The notes under the pieces are model-generated. The model searched no databases. It was not told the DNA's origin and was given only the letters and a program-made list of their open reading frames with translations. Shown here piece by piece: positions 10,218 to 21,267 of a stretch of DNA of 64,000 nt. This DNA comes from [Eubacterium] hominis. GTDB lineage: Bacteria > Bacillota_I > Bacilli_A > Erysipelotrichales > Erysipelotrichaceae. The position numbers and the translations under genes were made by a program. How positions within the stretch are numbered: the first letter of the stretch is position 1; every line of letters starts with the position of its first letter. Where the stretch lies: assembly GCF_014337235.1 (NCBI RefSeq), contig NZ_CP060636.1. One strand, 5' to 3'.

Positions 10218-11003
10218 ATGCAAAAATTTAATTATCATAGTCACACAAAACGTTGTGGACATGCAATCGGTGAGGATGAAGAATACGTATTGGCAGCAAT
10301 CGCCAATGGATATACGAAAATGGGCTTTTCAGATCATGCGCCATATCGTAATGGATATGCGCCAGGAGAGCGTATGCATAAAGAAGAATTGGATTCCTAT
10401 ATTGAGAGTGTGAAAGTCCTGCAGGAAAAATATAAGGACCAGATTGATATTCGCATTGGCTTAGAATTTGAATACTTTGAAGATCAATTGGTTGAATTAA
10501 TGGAATATAAGGAACGTATGGATTATCTGATCATTGGTCAACATGGCCCAAAGCTGTTTGAAGAAGAGTTTTATACAAGAAATGATGATGAAGCTGTTTT
10601 ATTGTATGCATCCTTGATTGAAAAAGCATGTACGAAAGGCCTTCCTGATATCATTGGACATCCAGATTTGTTTATGTTTGATAAGAAAGAATGGACACCC
10701 GCATGTGAGGAAGCAGCGCATCGTATCGTGAAAGCGGCTGTAAATGCAGATATTCCTATCGAAATCAATTTGAATGGGATTCATTATGGTATCCGACAGA
10801 TAGGTAATGAAAAACGTGTTGGTTATCCATACCGTAAATTCTGGGAGGTAGCGGCACAATATCCTGTGAAAGTAATCTATGGATTAGATGCCCACAAACC
10901 TGAAAAATATGCGGATGTGGATGCATATCATCTGGTGGATGAGGTATTGGAGGGTATCACACTTCATAAACTTGAGGATTTGGCTTTTAAAAAGAAGCTT
11001 TGA
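10218..11003 (+). CDS. histidinol-phosphatase (HisJ) family PHP-domain phosphoesterase
   Basis: N-terminal HSHTKRCGHA metal-binding motif and SDHAPY motif; RBS taagggagg. Confidence 0.7.
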   Translation: MQKFNYHSHTKRCGHAIGEDEEYVLAAIANGYTKMGFSDHAPYRNGYAPGERMHKEELDSYIESVKVLQEKYKDQIDIRIGLEFEYFEDQLVELMEYKERMDYLIIGQHGPKLFEEEFYTRNDDEAVLLYASLIEKACTKGLPDIIGHPDLFMFDKKEWTPACEEAAHRIVKAAVNADIPIEINLNGIHYGIRQIGNEKRVGYPYRKFWEVAAQYPVKVIYGLDAHKPEKYADVDAYHLVDEVLEGITLHKLEDLAFKKKL

Positions 11004-11551
11004 TATACCGCTTACATTTGAAAGGGCCAAAAAATTTTGAAAATTAACTATAAACAGTATTTAGCGAATGAATCTGATTTTTAAGAAAAATGGTTCTAGT
11101 ATCCACTTTATGGTAAAATTGGACGAAATATAGGAGAAAAAGCATAATAAAATGCCCTAAAAATGGGATGAAGAAACACGGGAATGGCTATGGAATTGGC
11201 TGGAAACCCGTGTTTTTTTCACAACTAAGACGAATTTCATATAATACGATAAAATAAGGCTTTTTAGATATTTGAATAAAAAAAGTAAAATAAAAAAATA
11301 AACCAATTTGTGATTGAATTGATAAATTTCACAAATGAAAATAAATGTAAGAAGTTGTCAAAAGTTGCCTGAAGTTAAACAAACGCCTTTGTTTAAGGGA
11401 TTTGGAATAAAAATACAAGCGAGAGCATAGGTATGAAATATTATATGTTGGGTAAAATAAGACCAAAAGACATGTTAAAAAACAAAAAAATTGGACAAGT
11501 TTTTGAAATTGTGATAGACTATAGCATGTTTTCATTAAAGGAGGAACATTC

Positions 11552-12337
11552 ATGAAGTCAAGACGAATCTTATTATTCGCTTTATTCACCTGTGTTTTCG
11601 CTTTATATGGATGTGTCAGTTCTGTATCAGAATCTGCTTCGCAAAGAAGCCTGACAGTCAATATCGACAAGATGACATTGAAGAATGTATCAGATAACAG
11701 TATGTTGCTGCCTATTAGAAAAGACAGCGTACAAAAAGAAGATATTATGCGTGTGATTAATGGAACGTATAATGATCAGCCAAGAGTTAGAAATTTAGGT
11801 GGTCAGCTTTCCACAAAGATCGCCATGGAGCAGGTAGCGAAAGACTACAAAAAACAGGTCAGAGAAAAACAGAAGAAATTAGAAGAAGAAAAGAAAAAAG
11901 CTGAAGCATTAAAGAAACAGAAAGAGGAAGAAGAAGCTTCTACCTTCGTAGGGAAACTTACAACTTATGGAGTAGACTGTTACGGCTGTTCATTTTCAAA
12001 TGGACGAGGCAGTACAGCAACAGGTATCGCTCTGGATATGTATCAGGGTGTACAACAGGCAGATGGAAGCTTTCAGCCTGGTATCAAATATGGCAACTAT
12101 TATGTAGTAGCCGCAGATCCTGGCATTCCAATGTATTCTATTTTGAAAATCAGCAACCATGGATTGAGTGGCAGTGGGATATCTTTAGATGAACCATTCT
12201 ATGCAATCGTATTGGATCGTGGCGGTGCCATTTATGGAGGACACTTAGATTTATATATCGGAAGTGAATCTTCAGGTGCTGTTCAGCATGTATTACAAAC
12301 AACACCAAAGGTACAAATTGTACGTTCTGGTGCTTAA
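11552..12337 (+). CDS. lipoprotein with C-terminal 3D (RlpA/MltA-like double-psi beta-barrel) domain and Lys/Glu-rich coiled linker
   Basis: lipobox ALYGC; C-terminal YGVDCYGC...YYVVAADPGIP...GGHLDLYIG motifs; RBS aaaggagg. Confidence 0.5.
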   Translation: MKSRRILLFALFTCVFALYGCVSSVSESASQRSLTVNIDKMTLKNVSDNSMLLPIRKDSVQKEDIMRVINGTYNDQPRVRNLGGQLSTKIAMEQVAKDYKKQVREKQKKLEEEKKKAEALKKQKEEEEASTFVGKLTTYGVDCYGCSFSNGRGSTATGIALDMYQGVQQADGSFQPGIKYGNYYVVAADPGIPMYSILKISNHGLSGSGISLDEPFYAIVLDRGGAIYGGHLDLYIGSESSGAVQHVLQTTPKVQIVRSGA

Positions 12338-12455
12338 TTAAAGAACCTGTGCATATTCTGCACAGGTTTTTCACAGTTGTCAGGAAGATTACGCGATAAG
12401 CATGGATATCCAATAGATTTGTGCTATAATAAAACAGCAAAAGGAGGCGCACGAT

Positions 12456-13727
12456 ATGGAATTTGTTGAATTAACGGAAAATGAATTTGCACAATTCGCG
12501 CTGCATCATGAATTAAATAACCTCTGGCAGACTACCCAGATGGCAAAGATGCGTGAACAGCGTGGTTTTCATACATATTATGTAGGGGTAAAAGAAGATG
12601 GAAACATCATCGCAGGCAGTATGCTATCCGCATTGCCTGTGTTTATGGGTTATGAAATGGTTCAATTATTAAGAGGACCACTGATTGATTTTAAAAATAA
12701 AGCTTTATACACGTTCTTTCATGAACATCTGGTTGAATTTTTAAAAGCCCGTAAATGCATGTACTTTCATATTGATCCTTATTTGCCTTATAAAGAAAGA
12801 GATTTAGAAGGGGAATTGGTTGAAGGTGGCTTTGACAACAGTGATGTTGTGGATATGCTATTAGATTTAGGTTATCAACATGAAGGCTTTACTCGTGGTA
12901 TTGATTTATCAAGAGAACCTAGATGGATCTATACGATCAATCTGAAGGACAAAACACCTGATGAAGTATTAAAACAGATGGAACGTAAAACACTTCGTTC
13001 TGTCAAAAAGGCATTGAAGTATAACATTCAGGTCAATGAATTAGACCGTGATCATATTTCTGTGTATGAAGAAGTTATCCAGAAAACCGGAGAACGCAGA
13101 GGATTTCAGGGACGTGATGAAGAATATCATAAACGTTTATATGATTTCTATCATCCTGAAGGATATATTAAATTTTTATGTGCTACCCTTGATTTAGAGG
13201 ATTATAAGAAAGATTTATATAAAGACTTGGAAACCAATACCAAACAGCGTGATACTTGCGCAAAACGTTTGGAAACACAAGAGAGTCCAAAGATTCAAAA
13301 GAAGATGGAGCTTGCACAGGAACAAATTGATCAGTTAAACGAAAAACTGAAAGAAGCGGATGAATTGATCCAAAGCGATGGACAGGTGTTGACACTGGCC
13401 AGTGGTGTTTTCTTTACCTATGGCAGAGAAGTATTGTGTTTGATGAGTGGTGTATATGAAAAATACATGCGCTTTGCCTCACCTTATGCGATGCATTGGA
13501 AGATGATGAATTACGCAATAGAACATGGTATGGAACGTTATAATTTATATGGTATGAGTGGAAACTTTGATCCACAGGCAGAAGATTATGGTGTCTATCT
13601 GTTTAAGAAAGGCTTCCAGGGAGAAATCCAGGAGTTGATTGGGGACTTTGATTATATCGTGAATCCAAAAATGTATCGTTTATATCAGAGCCTGCGTAAT
13701 GTAAAACATAAAATCAAAGGTGAATAG
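12456..13727 (+). CDS. FemAB-family peptidoglycan interpeptide-bridge aminoacyltransferase
   Basis: 423 aa, GNAT-like halves separated by a coiled-coil insertion (res ~240-300), as in FemA/FemX; RBS aaaggagg. Confidence 0.65.
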   Translation: MEFVELTENEFAQFALHHELNNLWQTTQMAKMREQRGFHTYYVGVKEDGNIIAGSMLSALPVFMGYEMVQLLRGPLIDFKNKALYTFFHEHLVEFLKARKCMYFHIDPYLPYKERDLEGELVEGGFDNSDVVDMLLDLGYQHEGFTRGIDLSREPRWIYTINLKDKTPDEVLKQMERKTLRSVKKALKYNIQVNELDRDHISVYEEVIQKTGERRGFQGRDEEYHKRLYDFYHPEGYIKFLCATLDLEDYKKDLYKDLETNTKQRDTCAKRLETQESPKIQKKMELAQEQIDQLNEKLKEADELIQSDGQVLTLASGVFFTYGREVLCLMSGVYEKYMRFASPYAMHWKMMNYAIEHGMERYNLYGMSGNFDPQAEDYGVYLFKKGFQGEIQELIGDFDYIVNPKMYRLYQSLRNVKHKIKGE

Positions 13728-13890
13728 TGAATGAAAGAACCGTATATCGTGCGGTTCTTTTTTAGGATAGCTGTAATTATGTAGGGCGCATTTTTTTCAC
13801 TTCCTTCATTTTTCTTTTCCAACATGTGCGAATAGTTCTTTCAATTTTTCCATAGATAAGCTAAAATAGGGGAGAGTGTGGTGTATAAAT

Positions 13891-14439
13891 ATGAAAATAA
13901 AAGAAATTATTGTATGTGAAGGAAAAAATGACACAAACGTATTACAGAGCTATCTAGAATGCGATACCATAGAAACCCATGGCACAAGCCTTGGAGAAGA
14001 AGTCTTTCGACAAATCGAACAGGCGCAAAAAACCCGTGGGGTAATTATCTTTACAGATCCAGATCATCCAGGGGAACAAATCAGAACGGCAATCAATCAA
14101 CGTATCCCAGGCTGTAAAAATGCCTTTATTGATGTACATAAGGCAAAGACACCGAAAAAAGTAGGTGTGGAGCATGCGAATAAACAAGATATCCTGGAAG
14201 CATTAAATAATCTGATGACCTATGATGAAGGATTAAAAGAAACATTGTCCTATGAGGATTATATCGATTTAGGCTTTCAGGGAAGATGTGACAGTGGACA
14301 AAGACGTGAAGAAATCGCACGTCGTTTATATCTTGGAAAACCAAACGCAAAAACACTGTTTAAACGTTTGAATATGTTACAGCTGGATAAAGCACAGATT
14401 GAAAAAATGTTAGAAGAAAGCGAGAACAAACATGAATAA
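13891..14439 (+). CDS. rnmV: ribonuclease M5 (Toprim domain)
   Basis: IIVCEGKND and TDPDHPGEQIR Toprim motifs; conserved rnmV-ksgA-ispE gene order. Confidence 0.85.
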   Translation: MKIKEIIVCEGKNDTNVLQSYLECDTIETHGTSLGEEVFRQIEQAQKTRGVIIFTDPDHPGEQIRTAINQRIPGCKNAFIDVHKAKTPKKVGVEHANKQDILEALNNLMTYDEGLKETLSYEDYIDLGFQGRCDSGQRREEIARRLYLGKPNAKTLFKRLNMLQLDKAQIEKMLEESENKHE

Positions 14440-15289
14440 ACCCATTGCGACACCTTCTAGAACAAAGGAAATATTGGCAAAACATGATATGTTCGCAAAG
14501 AAAAACTATGGACAAAACTTTTTAGTAGATGCAGGAGTCGTAGAAAAAATCGCCAGAGATGCGATGGTTTCTGATCACTGTGTTGCCATTGAAATCGGTC
14601 CTGGTATTGGTGCTTTGACACAATACTTATGTGAATATGCGAAAAAAGTCATTTCTTTTGAAATTGATGAGCGATTACCATCCGTTCTTGCGGATACTTT
14701 AAGTGAATATGATAACTTTACTCTAGTCATGGAAGACTTTTTGAATATTGATTTAAAATCCTATGTGGAACAATATACTGCACAGGGCTATGATGTAGTC
14801 ATTGCAGCGAATCTGCCATACTATATCACAACACCAATCCTGTTTAAAATATTTGAATCCAATGCGCCTGTATCTGCGATCACCGTTATGATGCAGAAGG
14901 AAGTAGCGGATCGTTTCCATGCATCTGTGAATACAAAAGAATATAATGCATTAAGCATTGTGACACAATATCGCTGTCATGTGAAAAATGTCATGAAGGT
15001 GCCAAAGAATGTCTTTATGCCAAAGCCAAATGTAGACAGTGCCGTATTGCAGTTTACCTTCAAAGAAAAAGATGCATCTATCAATGAAGAAGCATTCTTT
15101 GAACTTGTAAAGGGCTGCTTCAAACAACGCAGGAAAACCATTTTGAATAACTTTGGCGAATATCTGGGTGATAAAACAAAGGCAAAAGAAGTATTGCAAC
15201 ATGCGGGTGTTGATGAAAAACGCCGGGCAGAAAGTTTAACAATTGATGAATTCAAACATTTATATGAGGTATGTATCCATGAAAATTGA
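14432..15289 (+). CDS. rsmA: 16S rRNA (adenine1518/1519-N6)-dimethyltransferase
   Basis: NYGQNFLVD and EIGPGIGALT SAM-binding motifs; start overlaps rnmV stop. Confidence 0.9.
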   Translation: MNKPIATPSRTKEILAKHDMFAKKNYGQNFLVDAGVVEKIARDAMVSDHCVAIEIGPGIGALTQYLCEYAKKVISFEIDERLPSVLADTLSEYDNFTLVMEDFLNIDLKSYVEQYTAQGYDVVIAANLPYYITTPILFKIFESNAPVSAITVMMQKEVADRFHASVNTKEYNALSIVTQYRCHVKNVMKVPKNVFMPKPNVDSAVLQFTFKEKDASINEEAFFELVKGCFKQRRKTILNNFGEYLGDKTKAKEVLQHAGVDEKRRAESLTIDEFKHLYEVCIHEN

Positions 15290-16118
15290 AGCACATGCGA
15301 AAGTAAATCTTAGTTTAAATGTCGTAAGAAAAAGAGATGATGGCTATCATGAATTAGAAATGATTATGGTACCACTCACCCTTCATGATGATGTAACAGT
15401 GGAATTAAGTGAACAGGACAGTTACAGCTGTAATATAGAAGGCTTGGCGATTGATGAATCGAATACCGTTGTCAAGGCAGTAAAGTTAATGAAAGATACC
15501 TATGGCATCAAAGAACATTTTCATGTCCATATGGAAAAACATATTCCTATGCAGGCAGGCTTGGCTGGTGGTAGTGCAGATGGTGCTGCGGTAATGAAAG
15601 GCATCCATGCATTGCTTGATTTAAAGGTTCCTATAAGTGAATTAAGTATGTTGTCAAAACAAGTAGGAGCGGATGTGCCATTTTGTGTATATGATACCCC
15701 GGCTGTTGTGAAAGGGATTGGAGAAGATGTAACACCGATCAATTGTCAACTAGACTTTGAAATCCTGTTGGTAAAACCACAGGAGGGAGTACCGACTGGC
15801 AAAGCATTCTCTATGATTGATTTTCAAACCTGTGAACATCCAGACTATCGCAAAGTCCAACACGCTATGGAAACAGGAGATTATAAAGCCTTTTGTGAAA
15901 GCTTAGGCAATACCCTTGAACAACCGGCATTTCAAATCGTACCTTTAATCAAAGATATCAAACAAGAACTGTTAGGTATGGGATTTGATGGTGTCTTGAT
16001 GTCAGGCAGTGGCAGTACCGTGTTTGCGATTAGTAAGAATCATGCTTTGATAGAAGAAGCATATCATAAATATGATAAAGAAGGATACTTTGTATATAAG
16101 ACGAAGATCATTGGATAA
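15278..16118 (+). CDS. ispE: 4-diphosphocytidyl-2-C-methyl-D-erythritol kinase
   Basis: MKIEAHAKVNLSLNV N-terminus and GHMP-kinase motif AGLAGGSADGAA. Confidence 0.9.
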
Positions 16119-16222
16119 GGCGATATTCTCGCCTTATTTTCTTAAGGATTCTTAAAAGTGAAGCAAAAATAAAACACAAAACAAAAACATGCGTTATAAT
16201 GATGTTGAAATGAGGGATCACC

Positions 16223-16912
16223 ATGAACTATAAGATATTAATTGTAGATGATAACCCAGAAATCCGCGAAGTCGTCAATGTGCTGTTAAGCAATGAAGGC
16301 TATATGATCGAAGAAGCCTGTGATGGTTTTGAGGCAATAAAAAAAGCCAATGACAAAGACCTGATTATATTGGATATCATGATGCCCAATATGGATGGCT
16401 TCGAGGTATGTCAAAAGATAAGAGAAACAAACAATGCGCCAATTCTATTTCTGACTGCCAAAAGTATGGAACAAGATAAGACGCAGGGTTTTTTATGCGG
16501 TGGAGATGACTACCTGCCAAAACCATTTAGTTATGGAGAACTGCTTGGCAGAGTAAAAGCACTTCTGCGCCGGTATACAGTCTATAAAGGCAAGGAAGTC
16601 AAGAAACAGGAAAACATATTGGAAATGTATAATCTGAAAGTAGAATTAGATAAAAACCAAGTATACCTGGATGATGAAAAAGTGATGTTGACAGATTTAG
16701 AATATCGCATTCTTGTCTTATTGATGAAACAGCCGAAAAAGACATTTTCCAATCAGGAGCTATACGAAAATGTATGGGATGAATCCTATTTATATACCGC
16801 AAACAATACCATTATGGTCCATATTAGAAATTTAAGAAAAAAGCTGAAAATAAACCCACAAAGTCCTTTATATATCAAAACAGTATGGGGAAAGGGGTAC
16901 CGTTTTGAGTAA
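16223..16912 (+). CDS. OmpR-family response regulator
   Basis: receiver domain (DD...D...K) plus winged-helix C-terminus ending YIKTVWGKGYRFE. Confidence 0.85.
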   Translation: MNYKILIVDDNPEIREVVNVLLSNEGYMIEEACDGFEAIKKANDKDLIILDIMMPNMDGFEVCQKIRETNNAPILFLTAKSMEQDKTQGFLCGGDDYLPKPFSYGELLGRVKALLRRYTVYKGKEVKKQENILEMYNLKVELDKNQVYLDDEKVMLTDLEYRILVLLMKQPKKTFSNQELYENVWDESYLYTANNTIMVHIRNLRKKLKINPQSPLYIKTVWGKGYRFE

Positions 16913-18212
16913 ACATATGATGAAACTGAGTTATAAGTTTCTAATGGTTGTTGTGTTGTCCTTTTTAGGATCTGTGCTGTTGTTTTACATCCTGTTTGCG
17001 AATCGCTATCGGGCCATGGATTTTTATATCGCAAATTATACGGATTTAAAAAGTCCAGCCGAACAAATAGATGATATGCAGAAGAAAATCACGGAAACCA
17101 GAATATCGCGAAAAGATAAAAAAGCAATTTTAGAGCTGATGAAACAATATCCATCGTTATCTATGCAGTTATATAGTAATGATCGAGAATATATCGCAGA
17201 TCATATCCTAAGTGATGAAGGAATTTCTATCAATACACGTTCTGTCTGGGTGGAATTATACTATCCAGAGGAGAAAGATTTTCAATTAAAGTTTTATGAT
17301 GGAGATTGTTACCTGATTGTGCAGTCCTATCAGAGTATGACCTTTATTATGATATATCTATTCGTATCCTCTACCATAGCTTTGGGATTGTTCTTTAGTA
17401 TTACAATACATTTTGTACGTAAAAAAATGAAGTACGTACAACGGTTGGAAAATGAAATGAAGCTGATTGAAAGTGGTGATCTTCAACATCAGATAGAATG
17501 CGTTGGCAATGATGAAATAGGCTCCCTTGCTACACAGCTCGATCATTTAAGGGTTGCGTTAAAAGAAAATATGGAGAAAGAAAGTGAAGCACGAAAGGCA
17601 AATGAAGAGTTGATTACTACCATGAGCCATGACTTGCGTACACCTTTGACCTCCCTTATGGGATATCTTGATATTCTGGAAATGAAAATCTATAAAAATG
17701 AAGCAGATCATGATGCCTATATTGAAAAGTGTAAACAAAAAGCGGAACAAATCAAAACCATGTCTGATCGATTATTTACACATTTCTTTGTCTATGCACA
17801 AGATGATGATATATTATTAGTAGATATCCCCACCCAGCAAATCAAAGAAACCTTGTCTAATTGTTGTTTGGAATTAATGAGTTCTGATTTTCAGGTAGAA
17901 GAAACATATTGTGAGGAGGATGGTATTCTTCAGGGAGATATGGGATTAATCGATCGTATCTTTGATAATATCTTTTCTAATGTGATAAAATATGCCCAGA
18001 AAGAGCAAGTAAAGGTAGCATTGTTTATCGAAGAAAATAAACTTCACATTCAAGTAAAAAATCAAAAGAAAATGAATCAGTTTAAAGAAGAAAGTACCTG
18101 TATTGGCACAAAGAGTATGGATAAAATGATACGGCAAATGAATGGAAAAATCATTATAAATGATGAAGAGTCCACTTATTGTGTAGAGTGTATGATTCCA
18201 TTAAAAAAATAG
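16905..18212 (+). CDS. sensor histidine kinase (two TM segments, HisKA H-box MSHDLRTPL, HATPase_c)
   Basis: H-box and downstream ATPase motifs; TTG start overlapping the regulator stop. Confidence 0.8.
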   Translation: MSKHMMKLSYKFLMVVVLSFLGSVLLFYILFANRYRAMDFYIANYTDLKSPAEQIDDMQKKITETRISRKDKKAILELMKQYPSLSMQLYSNDREYIADHILSDEGISINTRSVWVELYYPEEKDFQLKFYDGDCYLIVQSYQSMTFIMIYLFVSSTIALGLFFSITIHFVRKKMKYVQRLENEMKLIESGDLQHQIECVGNDEIGSLATQLDHLRVALKENMEKESEARKANEELITTMSHDLRTPLTSLMGYLDILEMKIYKNEADHDAYIEKCKQKAEQIKTMSDRLFTHFFVYAQDDDILLVDIPTQQIKETLSNCCLELMSSDFQVEETYCEEDGILQGDMGLIDRIFDNIFSNVIKYAQKEQVKVALFIEENKLHIQVKNQKKMNQFKEESTCIGTKSMDKMIRQMNGKIIINDEESTYCVECMIPLKK

Positions 18213-18364
18213 AAGAAAAGCAATAAGTCCATTGTGATTAAGGAAAATCCTGAAAAAAATAGTAAAAATTTTGCAGGTATCGACAGAAATCGCTAATAAA
18301 TAGGCATATTGCCTTTTTTTTATGGACGATTTTTGATAGAATAGTAATGATGGAGGCGTGTGAA

Positions 18365-19720
18365 ATGAAATCAGCAATCGTATTAGCTGCCGGCAAAGGC
18401 ACAAGAATGAAATCTGACTTATGCAAGGTGATGCATCCAGTAAGTAACAAGCCAATGATTGGTCATATTATTACAAGTCTGAAAAAAGCAGGCGTTGAAA
18501 ATATCGTCGTTGTTGTTGGCCATGGGGCTGAAAGTGTAAAAGAATATTTAAAAGATGATGTACAATATGCATTACAGGAACCACAACTTGGGACTGGACA
18601 TGCAGTTATGCAGGCAAATGCATTAGAGGGAAATGATGGGGATACCATCGTATTATGTGGTGATGGACCATTGATTCAGCCAGAAACAATTCAGGCTGCA
18701 TTTGAAGCAAACAAAGATCACACATGTACTGTTTTAACAGCAGTATTACCAGATGGAGAACGTTATGGTAGAATCGTGCGTAATCCTAATGGACAGGTAG
18801 AAAAAATCGTAGAAGCAAAAGACTGTACTGCAGAAGAACTGGAAATTAAAGAAATCAATACCGGTTTATTCTGTTTCAAAAACAAAGATTTATTTGAAGG
18901 CTTAAAGAAAATTAAAAACGAAAATGCTCAGAATGAATATTATCTAACAGATTTGGTTGAGATATTTCATAACGAGGGAAAAAGTGTTAATGCTATGATT
19001 GTGGAGGATCCAGATGAAACCATGGGTGTCAACGATCGTTTAGATTTAGCAAAAGCACAAAAATGGATGAAATTACATGTAAATCAAAAACACATGTTAA
19101 ATGGAGTAACCATTATTGATCCAGAAAACACTTATATTGATGTCGATGTAGAAATCGGACAAGATACTGTGATTTATCCGAATGTATTCATTGAAGGAGA
19201 TACAAAGATTGGTAAAAACGTTACCATTCTGCCAAATTCTTTCCTTCGCAATGCAACAATCGCAGATGATGTAGTTATTGATTCTAGCAAGATTGTTGAA
19301 AGCAAGGTTGGAAAAGGAACAACTGTTGGGCCTATGTCCCATTTAAGAAACAATACGGAAATCTGTGAAAACTGCCGTATTGGAAACTTTGTGGAATTTA
19401 AGAATTCCCACTTTGGAAACGGAAGTAAATGCGCGCATTTAACATATATTGGGGACAGTGACTTTGGAGAAAAGATCAATGTCGGCTGTGGTGTGGTTAC
19501 TGTTAACTACGATGGTAAAAACAAATATCGTACAACAGTAAAAGATGGTGCATTTATTGGAAGTAACTGTAACCTGATTGCCCCTGTGACAATTGGAGAA
19601 AACGTGTTACTGGCAGCGGGATCTACAATCACTGATTCAGTAGATGATGGTGATATGGGTATCGCTAGAGCTAGACAGTCCATTAAAAAAGGATATGGAA
19701 CGAAGTACAAAAACAAATAG
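18365..19720 (+). CDS. glmU: bifunctional UDP-N-acetylglucosamine pyrophosphorylase / glucosamine-1-phosphate N-acetyltransferase
   Basis: LAAGKGTRMKS nucleotidyltransferase motif; C-terminal left-handed beta-helix hexapeptide repeats; followed by prs. Confidence 0.9.
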   Translation: MKSAIVLAAGKGTRMKSDLCKVMHPVSNKPMIGHIITSLKKAGVENIVVVVGHGAESVKEYLKDDVQYALQEPQLGTGHAVMQANALEGNDGDTIVLCGDGPLIQPETIQAAFEANKDHTCTVLTAVLPDGERYGRIVRNPNGQVEKIVEAKDCTAEELEIKEINTGLFCFKNKDLFEGLKKIKNENAQNEYYLTDLVEIFHNEGKSVNAMIVEDPDETMGVNDRLDLAKAQKWMKLHVNQKHMLNGVTIIDPENTYIDVDVEIGQDTVIYPNVFIEGDTKIGKNVTILPNSFLRNATIADDVVIDSSKIVESKVGKGTTVGPMSHLRNNTEICENCRIGNFVEFKNSHFGNGSKCAHLTYIGDSDFGEKINVGCGVVTVNYDGKNKYRTTVKDGAFIGSNCNLIAPVTIGENVLLAAGSTITDSVDDGDMGIARARQSIKKGYGTKYKNK

Positions 19721-19745
19721 GAAAGGAACAGGTAGAGTTAGTACA

Positions 19746-20699
19746 ATGGAAAAGAAAACAGTAGTTTTTGCGTTAACATCAAGTGTAGGATTAGCAAATG
19801 AAATCGTAAGTCAGTTAGGTATTCCTTTAGGACAATGCGATGTAAAACATTTCTCTGATGGAGAAATCATGGTAGAATTAGGAGAATCTGTACGTGGTAA
19901 AAACGTATATATCGTACAGTCTACATGTGCACCAGTAAGCAGCAACATTATGGAAGTATTGATTGCGATTGATGCATGTAAACGTGCTAGTGCAGCACAT
20001 ATCTCTGTTGTCATGCCATACTTTGGATATGCAAGACAGGATAGAAAAGCAAAAGCAAGACAGCCAATCACTTCAAAACTGATTGCTGACCTGTTAGAAA
20101 CAGCAGGAGCTAACCGTGTAATTACAATGGAACTGCACGCAACTCAGATTCAGGGATTCTTCGATATTCCTGCAGATGATATCAGTGCAATTCCTATCAT
20201 TGGAAAATATTTCAAAGATTTAAATCTTAAGGATGTTGTTGTTGTATCACCAGACCACGGTGGAACAACACGTGCAAGAAAACTTGCTGAAATTCTACAT
20301 GCACCTCTGGCTATTATCGACAAACGTCGTCCAAAACCAAATGTAGCAGAAGCAATGAACATCATTGGGGATGTTGATGGCAAAGTAGCGATCATGGTTG
20401 ACGATATCGTTGATACTGCAGGAACACTTACAGCTGGTATCAAGATGCTGTATGACAAAGGCGCAACTGCTGTATACGCTAGCTGCGTACACGGTGTATT
20501 ATCAGGTCCTGCAATCGAACGTTTGAAAGCAGCGAAACTGGCTGGATTCATCTGTACAAACACAATTGAAAACAATGAAAAAGCTGCACAATACCCTGAA
20601 ATGAAGGTATTATCTGTTGGTCCAGTACTTGGTGAAGTCATCAAGGCAATGGAAGAAAACAGAGCAGTAAGTGACATTGTTGCTCGCTACGCTGAATAA
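19746..20699 (+). CDS. prs: ribose-phosphate pyrophosphokinase
   Basis: PRPP-binding loop DDIVDTAGT; typical length 317 aa; conserved glmU-prs order. Confidence 0.9.
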   Translation: MEKKTVVFALTSSVGLANEIVSQLGIPLGQCDVKHFSDGEIMVELGESVRGKNVYIVQSTCAPVSSNIMEVLIAIDACKRASAAHISVVMPYFGYARQDRKAKARQPITSKLIADLLETAGANRVITMELHATQIQGFFDIPADDISAIPIIGKYFKDLNLKDVVVVSPDHGGTTRARKLAEILHAPLAIIDKRRPKPNVAEAMNIIGDVDGKVAIMVDDIVDTAGTLTAGIKMLYDKGATAVYASCVHGVLSGPAIERLKAAKLAGFICTNTIENNEKAAQYPEMKVLSVGPVLGEVIKAMEENRAVSDIVARYAE

Positions 20700-20718
20700 G
20701 AAATAGAAAGGACAATAT

Positions 20719-21072
20719 ATGCTGGAACATTACATAGAACTATTTTTGCCCGAAATCGTATCCATTTTGGAAATCATGGGTATTATTGTCATTAGTGTTG
20801 GCTGTTTAAAAGCCTTTTATCACTATATGAAAGCATATCTGACAAATAAAAATTACCCTTTACGAATTGAATTAGCAAATGCTCTGGCATTAGGTCTGGA
20901 ATTTAAAATGGGAGCGGAGATTTTAAAAACCGTTCTTGTGAGAAGTATGAATGAAATATTCATACTTGGCGCAATTATCCTGTTACGTGCGTTGTTATCA
21001 CTGATGATTCATTTTGAAATCAAAGCAGAGAACTCACATGCCTCAGGAGAGCATAGTGCAAATGATTATTAA
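20719..21072 (+). CDS. DUF1622-family small membrane protein
   Basis: two TM helices with conserved ELANALALGLEF segment; RBS agaaagga. Confidence 0.45.
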   Translation: MLEHYIELFLPEIVSILEIMGIIVISVGCLKAFYHYMKAYLTNKNYPLRIELANALALGLEFKMGAEILKTVLVRSMNEIFILGAIILLRALLSLMIHFEIKAENSHASGEHSANDY

Positions 21073-21209
21073 TGAAAGATAAGGCGACATGCAGTGCATG
21101 ATCGCTTTTCTTTTTTAGATTACAGTTATGTATAACTATCGTTCGCGTTTGCGTTCGCGACCGCGTTCACGAACGCTGCGAACGACATGTTTTATTAAAA
21201 TTTATCGTA

Positions 21210-21256
21210 AAAATATCCTGCTTGATGTATAAACAGGATATTTTTTATTTTTTTTC
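21210..21256. terminator. bidirectional rho-independent terminator between convergent genes
   Basis: aaatatcctg-cttgatgtataaa-caggatattt with T-runs on both strands. Confidence 0.6.
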
Positions 21257-21267
21257 ATTTTATAAGA

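Noticed and set aside
11270-11330. CRP/FNR-type TGTGA...TCACA site
   Set aside because: The half-site spacing is 15 bp rather than the canonical 6 bp. It is likely a fortuitous AT-rich palindrome.
20150-20677. 175-aa and other antisense ORFs inside prs, glmU, the ABC genes and others
   Set aside because: They are fully nested antisense to genes with strong motif support. This is a frame-opening artefact of AT-rich sequence.
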